Source of the DNA: Candidatus Woesearchaeota archaeon
GTDB lineage: Archaea; Nanobdellota; Nanobdellia; Pacearchaeales; GW2011-AR1
NCBI GenBank assembly: GCA_964448605.1
Contig: CAYUZV010000005.1
Location: 1,465 to 65,464, forward strand
Length of the DNA: 64,000 nucleotides
Direction of reading: 5' to 3'
The notes under the pieces were generated by a model that searched no databases, was not told where the DNA came from, and saw only the letters and a list, made by a program, of their open reading frames with translations. Positions 61,975 to 64,000 of the stretch are shown here, piece after piece (positions within the stretch are counted from its first letter, which is position 1; every line of letters starts with the position of its first letter). Both the position numbers and the translations under genes were made by a program.

Positions 61975-63306
61975 GTTTTTTAGTTCTTTTTTGATTTTTT
62001 CAAAAACTGGTTTCCAGTTGTTTTGAGATTCTTGTCGAAATAATCTCATTGAAGGATACCAGGGTGTTGTTTTTTTATTTAAACCCCACCTCCAGTCAGG
62101 GATGTAAGGAATTAAAGTCCAAGTTGGTTTGTTTAGTGTTCCTGATAAATGAGCAATTGAGGTGTCAACAGTTATAATTAAATCAAAGTGATTTATTATG
62201 TTTGCTGTATCTAAAAAATTATTGAGATAATTATTTAAATTTATAATTTCAGAATCATTTATTTGTTCAGAAGTTTCACCTTTTTGCAATGAGAATAATT
62301 TTATTCCTGGATTTTTTAAAAGTTTGAAATTTTCCAGATTTGTTGACCTTTTTCTGTTATTTTCATTATTTGGATTGCCTTTCCATGCTATTCCTATTTT
62401 TAAATTAGAAGTATTAAATTCTTTTTTAATTTCAGCAGAGAGTGAATCTTTTAAATTAAATTTGAGGGTTTTAGGTATGTTTGATAAATTTGTATTGAAA
62501 ATTCCTGGAAGGGACATGATATGGATATAAAAATCAAAATCAGGGAAGTGTTCTTTATTTTTTATGATTAATTTGTCTGCTTCTTTTAGATTTTCAAATA
62601 AAGGTTTTAATTCCTCTTTGCATTCTAAAATTATATATGCTCCTTGTTTTTTTAGTAATGGAAGGTATCTAATGAATTGAATATTGTCTCCGAAACCTTG
62701 TTCAGATAGAATGAGTATTTTTTTGTTTTTTAAAGGAGTGTTTTTGTATTTTTGTTTGTTGAAAGTTCTTGTGTCTATTGGATTCTTTTTTTTAAATCTG
62801 AATTCATAATCTTTCCATCCTTGTTTGAATTTTCCTAAAAGTAATAAGAGAAGTGCTCTGTTCCAGTATGCATCATAAAAATCAGGTTTTAGTTCTATTG
62901 ATTTATTGTAATGAATTAATGCTTGGGAAAAATCTCCTTTGTTTTGGAATTCAATTCCTAAGTTATAATGGGCTAAGTGGGAATTTGGGTAAGAGGGGTT
63001 TATTTGAATTGCTTTTTGAAAGTTTTCTGTGGATTTTTCTGGATTATTTAATGAATCATAAATCATTGCAAGATTATGGTAATAAAGAGATTCTGGTTTT
63101 ATTTGGATTGCTTTTTTTATTTTTTTAATTGCTTTGTTTGGATTTTTTAATTGGTGGTTTATTAATCCTAAAAGGTGCAATGCATTGTGATTTTGGGTGT
63201 CTTTTTCTATAATTTTTTTATAAATTAATTCTGCTTCTTTTAAATTGCCTTGGTTGTGTTTTTTTAAAGCAATTTCAAAAGCTTGGTTAATTGAAATTTC
63301 ATTCAT
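61939..63306 (-). CDS. TPR-repeat protein with GT9 (heptosyltransferase)-like C-terminal domain
   Basis: About six N-terminal TPR units (A..YKKIIEKD..N..AL..LG..). The C-terminal part has GFGDNIQFIRYLPLLKK and VDTSIAHLSGTLNKPTWTL. Confidence 0.6.
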   Translation of the reverse strand: MNEISINQAFEIALKKHNQGNLKEAELIYKKIIEKDTQNHNALHLLGLINHQLKNPNKAIKKIKKAIQIKPESLYYHNLAMIYDSLNNPEKSTENFQKAIQINPSYPNSHLAHYNLGIEFQNKGDFSQALIHYNKSIELKPDFYDAYWNRALLLLLLGKFKQGWKDYEFRFKKKNPIDTRTFNKQKYKNTPLKNKKILILSEQGFGDNIQFIRYLPLLKKQGAYIILECKEELKPLFENLKEADKLIIKNKEHFPDFDFYIHIMSLPGIFNTNLSNIPKTLKFNLKDSLSAEIKKEFNTSNLKIGIAWKGNPNNENNRKRSTNLENFKLLKNPGIKLFSLQKGETSEQINDSEIINLNNYLNNFLDTANIINHFDLIITVDTSIAHLSGTLNKPTWTLIPYIPDWRWGLNKKTTPWYPSMRLFRQESQNNWKPVFEKIKKELKNLTLHKPLCILL

Positions 63307-63354
63307 TTATATGATATACACAAAGTTTATATAAAATTAATTGTATTGTGATTT

Positions 63355-64000
63355 ATGAAAGAAAAATTGAGTGTTTTTTTAAAAGGAATGTTGATGGGGA
63401 TTTGTGATTTGATTCCTGGAATTTCTGGAGGGACAATTGCATTTATTACTGGAATTTATGAAAGATTGATTAATGCTGTTAAAAGTTTTTCTTTTGAGAC
63501 ATTTAAGAATAAAGAATATAAAAAATTAGATTTGGGATTTTTATTGATTTTGTTTTTTGGTATTGGAAGTGCTTTGTTTTTTGGTTCAGGGATTGTGAGT
63601 TTTTTGTTAGAGAATTATTTTATTTATACTATGAGTTTTTTTATTGGTTTGATTTTGGCTTCGTGTTTTATAATTTTTGAGAATATTAAGAATCATGATT
63701 TTAATAGGATTGTGTTTGGTTTTTTTGGATTGTTTGTTGGGGTGTTGCTTGCTTTTTTAAGTCCTGTTGAGGTTGTTAGTCCAAGTTATTTGTATGTGTT
63801 TTTTGGAGGTTTTATTGGAATTAGTGCTATGTTTTTGCCTGGAATTTCAGGAGCTTTTATTCTTTTGATAATGGGATTATATGAATTTGTTATAGGTGCT
63901 TTGCATGACTTTTCTAAAATTAATTATTTGATTGTTTTCGGGTTTGGTGCTTTGTTAGGGGTTTTTATTATTTCCCGAGTTATTAGTTATTTGTTTAAAA
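63355..64000 (+). CDS. DUF368-family membrane protein (partial, runs off window)
   Basis: MKEKLSVFLKGMLMGICDLIPGISGGTIAFITGIYERL... and a second PGISGAFILLIMGLYE repeat. The frame is open to the window end. Confidence 0.7.
   Translation, partial: MKEKLSVFLKGMLMGICDLIPGISGGTIAFITGIYERLINAVKSFSFETFKNKEYKKLDLGFLLILFFGIGSALFFGSGIVSFLLENYFIYTMSFFIGLILASCFIIFENIKNHDFNRIVFGFFGLFVGVLLAFLSPVEVVSPSYLYVFFGGFIGISAMFLPGISGAFILLIMGLYEFVIGALHDFSKINYLIVFGFGALLGVFIISRVISYLFK

Noticed and set aside
1-64000. Possibility that the contig is bacterial (for example CPR) or chimeric, because of the CsrA, sigma-70-like, XseAB, MetK, HicAB and OMP-like genes.
   Set aside because: The bacterial-type genes are interleaved with unambiguous archaeal genes (aIF1A, aIF2b, Rpo6, Rpo7, Spt4, S24e, exosome, proteasome alpha, archaeal-type PheRS and GluRS) and with archaeal tRNA identity features, and CsrA is translationally coupled to them. 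They share the same AT-rich composition and TTTATAAA promoters. Chimerism cannot be fully excluded without reads.

Overview
The window is a visibly AT-rich archaeal chromosome segment and is probably from a DPANN-type archaeon. Evidence: aIF1A, aIF2-beta, Rpo6, Rpo7, Spt4, S24e, proteasome alpha, SBDS, exosome Rrp4/41/42, Elp3, and archaeal tRNA identity features (C1:G72 tRNA-Tyr, A1:U72 tRNA-Met, tRNA-Ile UAU). All calls were made by eye from the sequence and ORF track; no alignments or searches were run.

Ordinary content:
- six aminoacyl-tRNA synthetase genes (GluRS, HisRS, PheRS alpha and beta, MetRS, ValRS)
- eight tRNAs
- a Ca/cation P-type ATPase and a ZIP transporter
- two clusters of class-III-signal (type IV pilin-like) proteins
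- a cell-surface block with a candidate S-layer protein and a heavily sequon-rich glycoprotein

Unusual content:
1. An unmistakable bacterial-type CsrA homologue is translationally coupled between SBDS and Rrp4 inside the proteasome-exosome superoperon.
2. A full-length but divergent sigma-70-family protein is divergently paired with rpoE-spt4 across a 52-bp spacer that holds one palindromic TATA box.
3. A 2.7-kb toxin-antitoxin island (RelE, HicAB and decayed copies) sits downstream of tRNA-Tyr. The same ~115-bp promoter plus N-terminal-peptide cassette is reused four times, and the tRNA 3' end is repeated three to four times, like integration scars.
4. There is an outer-membrane-beta-barrel-like protein.
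5. Other bacterial-type genes are xseAB (with an HTH fusion) next to a truncated dph2 remnant, and a bacterial-type MetK.
6. GluRS is C-terminally truncated and is followed by a decayed MNT/HEPN pair.

No rRNA, CRISPR array, transposase or integrase was seen.
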